Source: Patescibacteria group bacterium (GTDB lineage Bacteria > Patescibacteriota > JABMPQ01). Taken from it: 64,000 nucleotides of DNA. The stretch lies in NCBI GenBank assembly GCA_041749335.1, contig JBGTBM010000007.1:149957-213956 (forward strand), given 5' to 3'. Positions 63,628 to 64,000 of the stretch are shown here, one piece after another; position 1 is the first letter of the stretch, and each line of letters starts with the position of its first letter. The notes below the pieces were generated by a model. The model had not been told where the DNA came from and did not search any database. It worked only from the letters and a program-made list of their open reading frames with translations. A program made the translations under genes and the position numbers.

Positions 63628-64000
63628 TTATTCAATTCTGTATCCTATTCGAACAATTGGTGTATATCCAGCATTTGAGCATTGTCGTTGCCATTCGGCG
63701 AGTTTCATCATAAAAATCAGTGATTTGATTTCTGATATTTGTGTAATTTCCGTTTGCCGATCAAGAATAAGCCAAAGGCAGATGTTTTTGGGTTTTATGT
63801 CTTGACTATCAATTTGGATCGTAGACGTTTGGCTCTGTAAAATTTTTATCGTGGCAACGGCTTGATCTATCACATATCCTAATTTTTGTGGCGTGCCAAT
63901 TTTTACAAAATAGGCCACGTCATCTTTGTATAAATCCAATTTCTCTATTTTGTACTGTTGTAGCGACTCAATTTGGCGATCTAAATTTTTATAGCCATCT
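63628..64000 (-). CDS. Hypothetical protein, N-terminally truncated by the window end (about 124 C-terminal aa visible)
   Basis: The reading frame is open from the window edge to the TAA stop at 63628. No recognisable family; it contains 'LYKDDVAYF'. Confidence 0.4.
   Translation of the reverse strand, partial: DGYKNLDRQIESLQQYKIEKLDLYKDDVAYFVKIGTPQKLGYVIDQAVATIKILQSQTSTIQIDSQDIKPKNICLWLILDRQTEITQISEIKSLIFMMKLAEWQRQCSNAGYTPIVRIGYRIE

Overview
This 64 kb window is AT-rich (about 33% GC), densely packed with small genes, and looks like a Candidate Phyla Radiation / Patescibacteria-type chromosome. Most of it is housekeeping content.

Reading left to right:
- Lon C-terminus, QueH, a translin homolog, ThiI.
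- A DUF2207 protein followed by an operon of ABC-2 exporter, TolB-like propeller and an extracellular rhodanese with thrombospondin type-3 repeats.
- A convergent RND-type transporter, a NUDIX hydrolase, an aromatic amino-acid permease, a Mur ligase and TsaB.
- An Orn/DAP-family decarboxylase and a two-component system.
- A type IV pilin with prepilin peptidase, LigA, GatC-GatA and HtrA.
- A porGDA cluster that lacks porB, then ribH, ribE and a riboflavin kinase.
- tRNA-Arg(TCG) and tRNA-Ala(GGC), RNase HII, PMM/PGM, TrpS, RNase J, an OppA-like binding protein, SecG, UvrC and rpoB-rpoC.

The unusual content is at the right end (58-64 kb):
- Two roughly 110 bp imperfect direct repeats, each carrying a gene 3' end plus a terminator, bracket a GC-rich single-gene cassette.
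- An LMW-PTP/ArsC-like gene, a small membrane protein, and a PEP-utilizing swivel-domain protein with an unknown N-terminal domain.
- An IS200/IS605-type Y1 (RAYT-like) transposase and a Cys-rich DUF3795-like protein.
- A roughly 320 bp, roughly 60% GC, heavily base-paired non-coding stretch that I could not assign to a known RNA family.
- A gene truncated by the window end.

Other points worth a second look:
- Two paralogous secreted proteins (41451-42446 and 47384-48457) share N-terminal domain motifs, near-consensus promoters and an identical A-rich leader.
- A degenerate tRNA-like 3' fragment follows the tRNA pair.

Every call here comes from reading motifs in the translations and the DNA by eye. 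No database search or structure prediction was run.
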